Source: Aureliella sp.
GTDB taxonomy: Bacteria; Planctomycetota; Planctomycetia; Pirellulales; Pirellulaceae
Assembly (NCBI GenBank): GCA_963691875.1
Contig: OY829846.1
Coordinates: 2,720,001 to 2,784,000 of the forward strand
Direction: 5' to 3'
Length of the DNA: 64,000 bases
Part shown: piece after piece, positions 9,269-19,306 of the stretch
Numbering within the stretch: the stretch's first letter is position 1
Layout of the letters: every line of letters begins with the position of its first letter
Translations under genes and position numbers: made by a program
The notes under the pieces: generated by a model
The model's input: only the letters and a program-made list of their open reading frames with translations
What the model was told of the DNA's origin: nothing
Databases searched by the model: none

Positions 9269-11065
9269 TCACAGGGAGCGGCTTAAGCTATTGCAAGCTC
9301 CCTGCTGTTTGCACCTTCGCTTTTTTATCTTCGGAAACAAGGTGGTTACATTGACACCTTTAGAACGCGTACAAGGTGTTGGCTTCCGGTGTTTTCTTGT
9401 GGCGTTTACCTTCGGCTGGTACTGCAAATGTTGTTTTGTGCTCAGAATGAATGGAAACATTCTTTTCTTGCTACTGGAATAGCATCTTTTGAAACAGGCT
9501 TCACGCCTACTCGACTTGAGGATTGAGTGTCGACATTTTTGTTGAATTGGTGCCGTGGCAGATAGTTTTGCGGGCCATTGCATAGCCACGCGATGTTGTT
9601 GTCCGACCGTTAAAGGCCCTGCCAATTGCTTCTGTCCACCGGGCCAGGTGATTTCGACCATCACAGGCTCTTGATGCTCGCCTAAACCAAAGTGTAACCG
9701 AGAATCACTCTGGTTACCCTCTCCCGTTGAGGGTTCGACAAAGCGAGTCAGCACTCGTTTTCCAATCCGAATTCGTGCGACCGCACCAAAGGCTGATCGA
9801 CTGACTTGAGTTCCATTGCCCGCTAGGTGCAGTTCAATCCAATTGCCTCGTTCCGCATCATTCCGAAATAGTCTTCCCGCAGTGCATAAATCAAGATCTC
9901 CGTCATTATCAAGGTCCGCCCAAGCTGACTGATATGTGGGAGGTAGATCCGGCAGTGACTCGTCGCGGGTCGTGTTTTTAAATTTCCATTCCCCTTGGTT
10001 GGCATAGAGGACGGGGAAGTTCTTAAGGTTTCCACTCCCGACACCGTAGACGGTCGTAAAGTAAAGATCCAGATCGCCATCGTTGTCGTAATCCCCTAAG
10101 GCCGCTGAAGCGAAGGATTCTTGCCAACTTAATCCGGCCCCCTCGGATCGGTCCTCAAATTTAAATTCCCCTTCGGCTCCTAGATTTCGCAGGAACTGAG
10201 GATGATCTTGCCCTGGCCTCGGATGACTGAAGTTGCCCACGAAGATGTCTAGATGTCCATCATCATCCAGGTCACCGAGTGCCGAGCCGATGGTATGGCC
10301 ATAGACAAGATACTGAATACCTCCGGTGTAATTGATAGTCCCACCATCGCCTTGGCCAGCTGCCCCAAGAGATTTCGCAACCTCTTCGAACTCTCCTTCG
10401 CCTTGGTTGATCCATAGGTGGTTTGGTTGTAGACGGTAGTTGGAAACAAAAACGTCAATTCTTCCATCTTCGTTCAGGTCAGCTGCGACCACCCCGCGTG
10501 CGGAATAGCACGCACCTTCGGGTGAACGCCACACTTCCTCGAAGGTACCATCGGATTGATTGAGATAGATCACGTCCGGATGGACTTTTTGTTGCCAGAT
10601 TTCATAGCCAGCAACAAACAGATCCAATCGACCATCTAAATTGAAGTCACTCCAAATGGCCCCTCTTGAATTGACGGTCGGCAGTGGCGGAAAGTCCACT
10701 TGTTCGAATTTGCCACCGCCGGTGTTGCGGTAAAGACCACCATTGCCGGTGAAAAAAAATAGATCGGGTCGGCCGTCGTTATCAAAATCTCCCCAGATCG
10801 CCTCCCCGCCGGGTAAGCCGCTCTGGGCTACGGGGGTCAAACGCTTTCCCTGGTCATTGTGAAACAGTTGACCAGCAAATAGATCGACCCAACCATCGCC
10901 ATCGTAGTCGGAAAATGCAGCTTTCCCGCCCCCTGAAAATCCCAAAGCTTCGCTCACATCGGTGAATTGCGCTTCGCTGTTGCTGACAGGAAGAATTCCA
11001 AACAGACAAATTGTGAGACTCATCAGATGACGATTGTCGAATTGACCAATTTTGTGACTCTTCAT
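9269..11065 (-). CDS. CRTAC1 family protein (FG-GAP repeats + ASPIC/UnbV domain)
   Basis: Repeated DxDxDGxxD motifs (DYDGDGWVD, DFDNDGRPD, DFNLDGRLD, DLNEDGRID, DYDNDGDLD); C-terminal SAFGA...RLHFGLG...VEITWPGG. Start is uncertain and the last ~100 aa look like read-through. Confidence 0.88.
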   Translation of the reverse strand: MKSHKIGQFDNRHLMSLTICLFGILPVSNSEAQFTDVSEALGFSGGGKAAFSDYDGDGWVDLFAGQLFHNDQGKRLTPVAQSGLPGGEAIWGDFDNDGRPDLFFFTGNGGLYRNTGGGKFEQVDFPPLPTVNSRGAIWSDFNLDGRLDLFVAGYEIWQQKVHPDVIYLNQSDGTFEEVWRSPEGACYSARGVVAADLNEDGRIDVFVSNYRLQPNHLWINQGEGEFEEVAKSLGAAGQGDGGTINYTGGIQYLVYGHTIGSALGDLDDDGHLDIFVGNFSHPRPGQDHPQFLRNLGAEGEFKFEDRSEGAGLSWQESFASAALGDYDNDGDLDLYFTTVYGVGSGNLKNFPVLYANQGEWKFKNTTRDESLPDLPPTYQSAWADLDNDGDLDLCTAGRLFRNDAERGNWIELHLAGNGTQVSRSAFGAVARIRIGKRVLTRFVEPSTGEGNQSDSRLHFGLGEHQEPVMVEITWPGGQKQLAGPLTVGQQHRVAMQWPAKLSATAPIQQKCRHSILKSSRREACFKRCYSSSKKRMFPFILSTKQHLQYQPKVNATRKHRKPTPCTRSKGVNVTTLFPKIKKRRCKQQGACNSLSRSL

Positions 11066-11748
11066 GTCAAACAGTTCCTGTGTCTTCAATACGTGGACTG
11101 AGACCGTGAGATGTTTTTGCTATGGAGACCGAAGTCTTCAATAGAGCCTAAAGACCAAAGCAAAACACCATTGTCCGCCTAACAGACTTTGTCAGACGGT
11201 TGGGTGTAGTTCGGAGATTTTAACTGATTTGTTCCGCGGCAAACGTTGATTTGGAGCCGCGCTGCGGCGGCTTCTTGGGAAAACATCGCGGTGAAAATCT
11301 AGCGAGGTTTCAACTCGGGAGGACACGGCAAAGAGCTTCAGTCATCCTGCGATTATTCATCATCCTACTCGGTGGATCGGTTTGCCATTGTGAGGCAGCG
11401 TTGAAGCGCCCCGTAAATTTGATAGGTGAGGCAATTTCTATCCGTCTAGCACCGACCTGCAAACCAAGTGACTTCGCTGCATCGTGCGGTCGCCGGAAGC
11501 TTTGGGGAAAACCTCTCACAACCAAGTGGTATCAGCGAGTGTTGAAACAGCGGCACCAAGAGTCGCAAGGGCGTGTAAAATCGATGTCTTGTCAGACCGT
11601 GAGGATTTCATCTGTGGAGCAATATGAGCCGTAATTCCTACCTTATCCCCCGTCGTGGAACCCCATTGCGAGTTTTCCTTCGGACAGCGAAACGGCTTGA
11701 GGGCTAAGTGGATACCTTACTGTCCAAGCAACCTTAGGCGGCGAACAC

Positions 11749-12555
11749 TTAGCCGTCGTGCGTTAGCTTGGTTAACCAGGCATCTAGCACTTGATTGAAT
11801 CCGAAAGCGTTTTCAAGAGGGCTCATGTGCCCCACATCGGCGAGTACTTCGAACTGGCAGTCGGGGATCCACTCCGCCCAGTGCTTCGTGTCCTCAGGCG
11901 GGGCGATCATATCATGCTCGCCAGTGATCACCAACGTTGGCGTTTCCATACTGCCCAGCCGTGTAGAGAACTCTTTTCTCGACGCCATTGCCCGTTGCGA
12001 AGCGGCTAAAGTTTTGGCAGAAACACTCGCAATCATTTGAGCCATCAACTGACTTGCTTGCTCTGGCGCGTTTGGCCCAAGGAGTTTACCTGCCATTCCT
12101 TCCGTCGCCGGCAATGCACCGACTTGCAAAGCCATTTCAGCCATTCTTAGACGCAAGTTCCTTCCACGCTCATCCTCGACAGTCGGCTTCGCATTCGCCA
12201 GGACTAGCCCAGCAAGTTGCCGGCTGTGGCGGGCCCAATACTCGAAGGCGACGTAGCTACCCATCGAAAGTCCACACAGAAAAACTTTCTCAGACTCTGC
12301 CACTTTTGAGCGAATGAACTCGACATCGTCCGCTAGCTGTGCGAGCGAAAACGACTCCTCCACAGAGGATTGTCCGAAACCGCGGAACTCAGGACATATC
12401 ACTTGGTACCGCTGCGAAAAATACTCCAACTGCTCGAGCCACATTCGGTGATCGAGCGGGAAGCCATGCAGAAAGATCAGAGTTTGGCCGCTGCCTTTTG
12501 CCACGACGGAATGCGTCGCGCCGTCGGGGCCAATCATAGAAAGCTGGTGAGTCAA
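11749..12555 (-). CDS. Alpha/beta fold hydrolase
   Basis: FLHGFP oxyanion motif, GLSMG nucleophile elbow, GEHD acid and GHMS catalytic His. Confidence 0.92.
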   Translation of the reverse strand: MTHQLSMIGPDGATHSVVAKGSGQTLIFLHGFPLDHRMWLEQLEYFSQRYQVICPEFRGFGQSSVEESFSLAQLADDVEFIRSKVAESEKVFLCGLSMGSYVAFEYWARHSRQLAGLVLANAKPTVEDERGRNLRLRMAEMALQVGALPATEGMAGKLLGPNAPEQASQLMAQMIASVSAKTLAASQRAMASRKEFSTRLGSMETPTLVITGEHDMIAPPEDTKHWAEWIPDCQFEVLADVGHMSPLENAFGFNQVLDAWLTKLTHDG

Positions 12556-12753
12556 TTTGGGAGCCGAGAACGATGCGAGGACGCAATTTGTTGCCGGGGA
12601 AACGACAAGAGCGAATTCGATTTTTGCTAGATTTGGCTATTCATTCAATGACACTCCAACGGCGGTTTGACTCTAGACTATTTGGCTAGTCATGGTCGCA
12701 AACGACCCACGGTGTGTCGCGATCTCGTCGGCTAATGTTGCATTTCTGACGGT

Positions 12754-14748
12754 TCAGTGCAAATTCCATTCGACTTCGAGCTCCTTCAGTGAGTTGCGCA
12801 GTTTTTCGTAGAGCTTGGATTCTTCTTCGCGAAGACGCGGAACTCGTTCCTGCTCGATCTCTTGGATCGCTTGCTCGGCTTCGTCTAGCTCGTGCCGCCA
12901 ACGATTCGTGAGTTCGTCCTGTCCACCTGCTTTGATGTTTTCTCGCAGTCGATTTTGCTTCTCCATCAAACGCTCTGAACGCACGACCGCATTCGAGATC
13001 TCAGACTTCTTTTGTTGCAATGCTTCGTTCGCTGAAACACAAGCTTTTATACGAGCGTTGTCGGCGAGCGGTCCATCGCTGCGAATAATGTTCTTTTCCA
13101 ACCATTCTACGTTGAGTCTTTCCGACTGACTCGTCACCGTAACGAGACTGATCTCGCTATCTTCGACACTTGATTCATGAATCGTTAGGCAACAGTCCGA
13201 ATTGGGCGGCAGCACCAACTTATAACGGAGACCGCTAGAGAGCTTTTCATTATGCTCGATTTCGGTCTGTTCATTGGCCAGACGGAGAGTGGCCCGAGTA
13301 CTAGCGGCTTCAAGAAGCAGATCATGGTCCAACACAAGTTTCTGGGAACGATCCAAACTGTTCTTGATGTAATACTCAATCTTGCCAGCCCTCTGGAGAG
13401 CGCTCGAGACGACACCATCTCCAATGTGCACGGCAATCAGCGTACTGCTAAAAGGACTTGCATGTTCTCGGTTTATCTTTACGCCGGTATCGAGTGCATG
13501 GGGCAGCAAACGTGACTCACCAGGTTTGAGAATCGGGATCACGCAGCTTCCCGCGTATGCTGATTCTTCATAGACAGTGCATGCACCACGCCCAAGCGAG
13601 AACGATGTTTCGTTCTTGAATTCAATCGATCGAAACGGTCTTTCTTCGTGGTTTTCACGCTTGTAGTGCAGGATGGAATCAGTGTCGTCAATTTCTCTTC
13701 GAAACACCGGTATAACGGCCGAATGCTTTGCAGGAATCGAGACAGTGCACTCAGATTCGAACCGAGTAAAGTCACCAACCTCTCGGACTTCAGCCGAGGC
13801 CATCTCTGCCGCGGAAAGCGTGGAAGTTGGTTGCGAGAAGGCAAAATCTGCGAATCGCGATCGCACTCCGTCCGAGCCTCCCAGATGGTCATCTGAGTCT
13901 TCGTACTCGCATCCTCCTACATCAGCCATAACTACCATGCCTCCTTCAACATCAACGGCCCCCATTGCCATGTCACTGACCAAGTTGACATGCTTTCGCC
14001 CGGGAGTCTTTCGATCTGCTAGATCCGTCGAGAAAGTGATCGGTTCTCCGGTCACCACACTAATATGAAATTGATCCCAGTCCTCGTCTGTGTTGTTGTC
14101 GACGATCGCAAAGCCTTGAAGTTCTGCAGGGTGGTCATCAGACATGCGGAGGCGATAGGAGATCTTCCAAGCGGCCGCAGGAATGGTGTACTGGATGATC
14201 GCTTCCGCTTCTTCTTCCGCTGACATGACCATGTCTACAAAAGTACTGTCCGGCTTGATCTTTTGGTAATTGCGTTGCAAGGCTTTGTCGATTTCCGTGC
14301 GTACTTCGGCGTCGAGAAATTGGAAACTCTGAATCTCCCGCAACGGTGCCCTCCGCAATCCATCTTCACACAAGACGATAAGAGATTTCGGCCGGATTGG
14401 ACTGCCAGCCGTTCCTTCCTCTTCTTGATGTAACCCCATCAGTTTTCCGGTGATCTTCCCTGAAGCATGCTCAATCTCAATATTGGCACCGCTCAGACTC
14501 GAAGCCAAATCCACCAACACAGAATTCGGATTGACGGAAATGTTTCCATCCAAGTCATTGGAAGGCCGGTATGTCGGCGGCGAGTCAAGTCGTACCTTGC
14601 CGAACACGTTGAGAGAAGCCAGGACGTCAGCCAAGTGGTCTTGGCAAACCGGTATCGAAACTCGCTCCGGTTGTTGGGCACCGACCAAGAATGACCGGCG
14701 AAAGTCCGCGATGCCGTTCGAGTAGATGATAACTTGGTTTTTGCTCAT
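12754..14748 (-). CDS. DUF4139-like domain protein
   Basis: VIIYSNGIADFRR, LADVLASL, WKISYRL...LQGFAIVDNNTDEDW and a C-terminal coiled coil (QNRLRENIKA). Confidence 0.75.
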   Translation of the reverse strand: MSKNQVIIYSNGIADFRRSFLVGAQQPERVSIPVCQDHLADVLASLNVFGKVRLDSPPTYRPSNDLDGNISVNPNSVLVDLASSLSGANIEIEHASGKITGKLMGLHQEEEGTAGSPIRPKSLIVLCEDGLRRAPLREIQSFQFLDAEVRTEIDKALQRNYQKIKPDSTFVDMVMSAEEEAEAIIQYTIPAAAWKISYRLRMSDDHPAELQGFAIVDNNTDEDWDQFHISVVTGEPITFSTDLADRKTPGRKHVNLVSDMAMGAVDVEGGMVVMADVGGCEYEDSDDHLGGSDGVRSRFADFAFSQPTSTLSAAEMASAEVREVGDFTRFESECTVSIPAKHSAVIPVFRREIDDTDSILHYKRENHEERPFRSIEFKNETSFSLGRGACTVYEESAYAGSCVIPILKPGESRLLPHALDTGVKINREHASPFSSTLIAVHIGDGVVSSALQRAGKIEYYIKNSLDRSQKLVLDHDLLLEAASTRATLRLANEQTEIEHNEKLSSGLRYKLVLPPNSDCCLTIHESSVEDSEISLVTVTSQSERLNVEWLEKNIIRSDGPLADNARIKACVSANEALQQKKSEISNAVVRSERLMEKQNRLRENIKAGGQDELTNRWRHELDEAEQAIQEIEQERVPRLREEESKLYEKLRNSLKELEVEWNLH

Positions 14749-14918
14749 CGGAAAGCTCCGCACCTCGTTGTTTCACTAGATTGTTCAAGGACGTATTCTA
14801 CGGAAGGCTCATCGAATCAACCAGCAGAGACGGACAGTCGACAGGGCCAATCGTGTCTTCAATTTGCACAAGATTGTCTTTTCACCAAAAGATGCGTAGG
14901 CACCTGATCAAGTTCACG

Positions 14919-14942
14919 AAAAAACCCACGATTTCTCGTGGG
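14919..14942 (-). terminator. Rho-independent terminator
   Basis: Minus strand CCCACGA-GAAA-TCGTGGG-TTTTTT, 30 bp after the stop at 14972. Confidence 0.8.
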
Positions 14943-14971
14943 CCTGGATGATTTCGACCTGGGCTCCAAAA

Positions 14972-15514
14972 CTACTTTTTCTCTTGCAAACCCTTAAGGA
15001 CTGTGAGCAACTCGTCGGCCGTAGCTCGTTCCCGGAGCGTCCCGTCTATGATCTTGACGATCTTGCCATCCTTACCGATTACGAAGTTGTCGAAAGTCAT
15101 GCGTCGCGTGCTGTAGGATTTCGAGGACTTTTTGTTCGGGTCAATCGCTAGCGTGTACTTTGTTGGAATGCGTTTGGCGATGATCCTCAGTCCCTCTACG
15201 CCCTTGGCTTCTTCGCGAAAAACGAAGATCAACTCGGCATCGAGCTTCTTGAATTCTTCCGCTTGCTGCTGCAGCTCACCTAGCTGCCTCATGCAAAACG
15301 GTCACCAGTTGGCGCGACTAAACATCAAGATGATGTTCTTGCCTTTGCTAATCCGATCACTCAGCTTGAACTTCTTTCCTTCACTGTCGGTCGCCTCGAA
15401 ATCTGGGGCAGTTTTGCCTACCTCGACTTTGGCTTCCGCCTTATCTTGCCCTTGCGCTCCGCTCAGCAGCATGCAGCACAACAACGGCGCAGCCAACAAA
15501 ATCTTAAGTTTCAT
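14972..15514 (-). CDS. Selenocysteine-containing AhpC/TSA (peroxiredoxin-like) redoxin with signal peptide
   Basis: ORFs 15302-15517 and 14972-15292 are in the same frame and joined by a TGA at 15302-15304, giving ...VGKTAPDFEATDSEGKKFKLSD...MFSRANW-U-PFC-MRQLGEL (UxxC redox motif). A SECIS-like hairpin follows. Confidence 0.88.
15271..15287 (-). promoter_or_regulatory. Bacterial SECIS-like hairpin
   Basis: Minus strand GCAGCT-AGGTG-AGCTGC: a perfect 6-bp stem starting 15 nt after the UGA, with a G-containing apical loop. Confidence 0.7.
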
Positions 15515-15831
15515 CAATTCTTTCCGACGAAGACTGAAAGTACGGTTCCCCCCTGAACCACTTCAGTCGCAACTCTAGCAGCGAGTATCGGGTACGGCAA
15601 GGATTGAAATGCATTCTATCTGCGGGCTTGTATTGCTCATGCGCACTCTAGCCATTACGCGTTAAGTCCTTCACAGATCTGCCAGCAGTGCTACACTCTG
15701 CCCGCAACGGACAAACAATGTTTCGGGACAGTCAAAGGAAATTTAAACCCGACGTGATAGTGTGGGTTGAACCGAGGCAACGTCGCATATTCTCGCGTCT
15801 GCCAACATCCGAGGGTAGTTAGGAGAGAACC

Positions 15832-17067
15832 ATGAGTTCAGTAATTGGCACAGGAATGCACCGCAAGTCATGGTCTTGGTTCAGTGGTAACCAGTTTAGC
15901 TTTGGTCCCGAAGCTATCAGGCAGCTTGCCGGAGTAGTCCATCGGCAAAGTGCTAAACGTGTGCTGCTAATCAGCGATAAGCAACTCGTAGAGGTTGGAA
16001 TTGTTGGACAAGTGGCAGCAGTTCTAGAAGACACTGATGCCGATTGCATCATCTTCGATGGCGGGGAGGTCGAGCCCTCTACGGACACTGTCAACGCGGT
16101 AGTCGCGTCTGCCAGGGAGTTCCAGCCGGACTTATTCGTTGCGGTCGGTGGAGGCAGTAATATGGACTTAGGCAAAGCTGCGGTAGCGGCCTACGGTCAT
16201 GACTGCGATCCCGAGTCCCTGTTCGGATTCGATCTTGTGCCCGGTCCGATGCCGACTCTTGTTTGTATACCTACAACTGCGGGCACCGGAAGCGAGGTCA
16301 CTCATGCGGCGATCATCAAGAACTCGAGCACCGGTAAGAAGGCCGGCATTCTCAGTCAGCATATTCGGCCTGCGATCGCACTGGTAGACCCGACTCTAAC
16401 ACTGAGTTGCTCAAGTAAGGTCACGGCAGAGTGTGGCATCGATGCCTTGACACATGCCACCGAGGCTTACTTGGTCAAGAACTTCTACGCCTTCGAAGAC
16501 TCCCCCCAACACGGCTTGCCCTACGAAGGTAATCATCCGCTCGGCGACATGTATGCGGAGAAAGCTATATCGCTAATCGGCAAACACTTGAAGCAAGCCT
16601 ACGCTAAACCTGACATTCTCGCTTCGCGGAGCGCGATGGCATTTGCCGCATCACTGGCCGGAGCCGCCTTTGCTTCTTGCGGTGTCTCCGTGGCTCACGC
16701 TTTGGAGTACCCCATCGGCTCGAAATACAAGTGCAGTCATGGGGTCGGCAATGGAATTATTCTGCCTGCATTGCTCAAATTCTGGTGCCAGTCTCGCCAA
16801 GCTCGAATTGCGAAAATGGCTGCTCTTCTCGGCGTTCCTGATGCCGACAAGATGGACGAAGCCGAGGCTGCTCAGGCTGCGATCGGTTGGATTGCCGAAA
16901 CACGCAAGCTCATCGAGCTACCGACTTGCTTGCGTGACGTGGGCGGCGCCGAGTCAGACCTAGATGAACTAGCTGAAGTAGCCGTATCGCTGCAAAGATT
17001 GATTGACCTCTCACCTGTGCCTATCGCCGCTCCTGAGGCCAAGCTGATTCTGCAGGACGCGCTGTAG
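15832..17067 (+). CDS. Iron-containing alcohol dehydrogenase family protein
   Basis: VGGGSNMD, IPTTAGTGSEVT, GIDALTHATE, AHALEY and HGVGN metal/NAD motifs. Confidence 0.93.
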   Translation: MSSVIGTGMHRKSWSWFSGNQFSFGPEAIRQLAGVVHRQSAKRVLLISDKQLVEVGIVGQVAAVLEDTDADCIIFDGGEVEPSTDTVNAVVASAREFQPDLFVAVGGGSNMDLGKAAVAAYGHDCDPESLFGFDLVPGPMPTLVCIPTTAGTGSEVTHAAIIKNSSTGKKAGILSQHIRPAIALVDPTLTLSCSSKVTAECGIDALTHATEAYLVKNFYAFEDSPQHGLPYEGNHPLGDMYAEKAISLIGKHLKQAYAKPDILASRSAMAFAASLAGAAFASCGVSVAHALEYPIGSKYKCSHGVGNGIILPALLKFWCQSRQARIAKMAALLGVPDADKMDEAEAAQAAIGWIAETRKLIELPTCLRDVGGAESDLDELAEVAVSLQRLIDLSPVPIAAPEAKLILQDAL

Positions 17068-17165
17068 CCTTCTCGTTAAGCTCAACATACTAGGCAAGCG
17101 AATTTCGGGAGCAAAGCGAGGGGTGAAGAAGTCACATAGGACCGAATTGAGAGCCGTGTCCACGA

Positions 17166-18128
17166 CTACCTGATCGCCGACTTGCGCCAATCGGTGGCTT
17201 CGATGCGATCAATTTCGCTGCGAATGTCGGAGCCTTCGTAGAAAGAGAACCAGCCTCGGAGACGCTCGGTTTCACCGGGAGAGCAGTCTTCAAACTTGGG
17301 GTCGGAATGAAGGCAAGGGCACTTATCGTTGGCCCAGGGGCGATGGACTGGATCCCAGGCAGTGATGATCCAGCGTTGTTTGGTAGAGCCAGGAATCGCA
17401 GCGTTTGCCATTGCATAGCCTCGGTCAAACACTTTGTTGGCATTCGTTTGTTCCTCAAAGCCGTCGGCCGCCTTAAGCATGGCACAATTCTGAACCCGAA
17501 GATCCGTCAGCGTCTTATCGGTTCCATTTTTTAGCCACATTTCCATTGCAATGTGATCACGTTTCGCGATGGCCAGCGTGCCAAACTCGATTCCATTGGG
17601 CAAGCGTCGAACCATTTCGAAGCTGCCGTCTTTGGTCGACTTCCACTCCAGCTTATCGAGTTCGATTCTCTGTTGCGTCCAGACTGTGTCGATGTGTGTA
17701 TGAGCAAGATAGGTTAGCCCCAAATCGGACCAAATCGCTTCAGGCACATCTAGCACTACATAGCTGTGGTCATCCCATGGGTAAAAGACGCTCAGCTTCG
17801 TTTCACGCTGGGGTTCGATGGCGCCTTCCAGGAATCCTATCCTTGGGTGTCTTCCTCCCGGGTAAGGAAGCATCAGCAAACGCTCCTTTGGGCGGGCAGG
17901 CCGGTTGTCTGAGCGGATGTCGAACTGTTTGAGCTTCGACTGGATCTTTTCTTCGCCAAATCCTGTAACTTGTTCGATCTCTTTCAGTGAAAACCTATGA
18001 TGCCACAACATGTTCTGCAGCCATTTTTTCAACTCGCGATCATTGTCACTTGGCCGAAGTTGATCATCCGCTGAAGCCGTGGCCGTGAATGCAATTGAAA
18101 ACAACATGAAGAGTGTGAGTTGCTGCAT
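17166..18128 (-). CDS. Secreted hypothetical protein (conserved planctomycete type)
   Basis: Signal peptide MQQLTLFMLFSIAFTATASA; long clean ORF with conserved-looking PYPGGRHPRIGF, LTYLAHTH and CPCLHSDP segments. Confidence 0.8.
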   Translation of the reverse strand: MQQLTLFMLFSIAFTATASADDQLRPSDNDRELKKWLQNMLWHHRFSLKEIEQVTGFGEEKIQSKLKQFDIRSDNRPARPKERLLMLPYPGGRHPRIGFLEGAIEPQRETKLSVFYPWDDHSYVVLDVPEAIWSDLGLTYLAHTHIDTVWTQQRIELDKLEWKSTKDGSFEMVRRLPNGIEFGTLAIAKRDHIAMEMWLKNGTDKTLTDLRVQNCAMLKAADGFEEQTNANKVFDRGYAMANAAIPGSTKQRWIITAWDPVHRPWANDKCPCLHSDPKFEDCSPGETERLRGWFSFYEGSDIRSEIDRIEATDWRKSAIR

Positions 18129-18182
18129 TTCTGTATCCACCAATTTTGGACAAAAACTCAGAAGTTCGCACAATCCGCCTTA

Positions 18183-19096
18183 TCAATCTTCGGCGATTTT
18201 CTTCAGCGCGTTGAGTGAGTACTGGTTCAGCGGAAAGTCGCCTGACAAAACAGCCTTGCAGTACTTCTTCAATTTCGCCGCGCGCTCTTCGCTATCTCCG
18301 CTCCAGTCGGTGAGTTGTTGGCTGCGTCGTTTGGCATTCATCATGCGATTTCCGCGTGCGTTAACTATGCCGTACATAATGCGGCCAAGCTCTTCATCGG
18401 GTGCAAGCTTGTAGACAGGGCTAGCTTTGATGCGTTTTTCCATCTCCCGTTTTCGTTCGGCCATCAATTCTTGCTGGACCCTTGCTAACGCCGGCTCCGG
18501 TGCATCTACAGCACTTGCAATCGCCTTCATGACGGATTCTAGATCCCGGTTATCGGGTGCGTTGAAAACCAGATTCTTGACGACCTTGTCACCCTTGATA
18601 ACCATCACCGTCATCGCAACACTTCGGTTTAATCCGTAGTAACCTGGACCTTCGGAGCCGTCGCTGGAAAGACTCAGCAGCGAATTAGAGAACAGCGATG
18701 TTTTGCTCCAATTCGTCAGCATCTTCTCGATCTTTACTCGTTCATCAGAGAGCAGCACGATGTGACTTGTTAGTTCCTTGTGCCGCTTCGTGTAGAAGTC
18801 AACCAGTCCCAATCCGTACAGAATCCTGTCATCTGTGCTGAGCCGATGGATAAAGCAGAGAAGCGTTGTCTTATCTTTCTTGTTGACGATTTCGAGCTCT
18901 TTTCGATTTCCGTCGATGAAACCCAGAACCTCAAAGCCCCGTGCCTTTTCCCCGGCTGCAGTCCAGAGTAAAGAGGCTCGCTAGCGGCTTCTTGATTGTT
19001 CGTTTTCTTCTCATCTGTCTGCTGAGCAATGGTTCCACAAGATAGGGCAAGTGACAGGACAAGAGCTGCAAAGCTCCGGGCAAGAACCGGTCGCAT
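18183..19096 (-). pseudogene. Secreted hypothetical (thioredoxin-like) protein interrupted by a 1-nt frameshift at ~18950
   Basis: The signal peptide and YSGLQPG are in one frame. A -1 shift at CCGGGGAAAAG continues GEKARGFEVLG...LLCFIHRL... directly into ORF 18183-18812. May be a sequencing error. Confidence 0.7.
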
Positions 19097-19306
19097 CGGT
19101 CGCAAAGTCTGAAAGCTCGGAGAATCAATCATGTTGGCAGGCTTCAGCTGTGGGAATTCTGAAAAGTGATCTCGTCATCGCCTGCAAAGTTGGATTGTGC
19201 GTCTGGCTTCAACTCAATCCGATGGCGATATAGTGAGTAAGATAATTCTCCGGCATACGCGAAGCAATCAACCTCAGTCTCGAATCGATGTCGACGAGCA
19301 CTCAAA

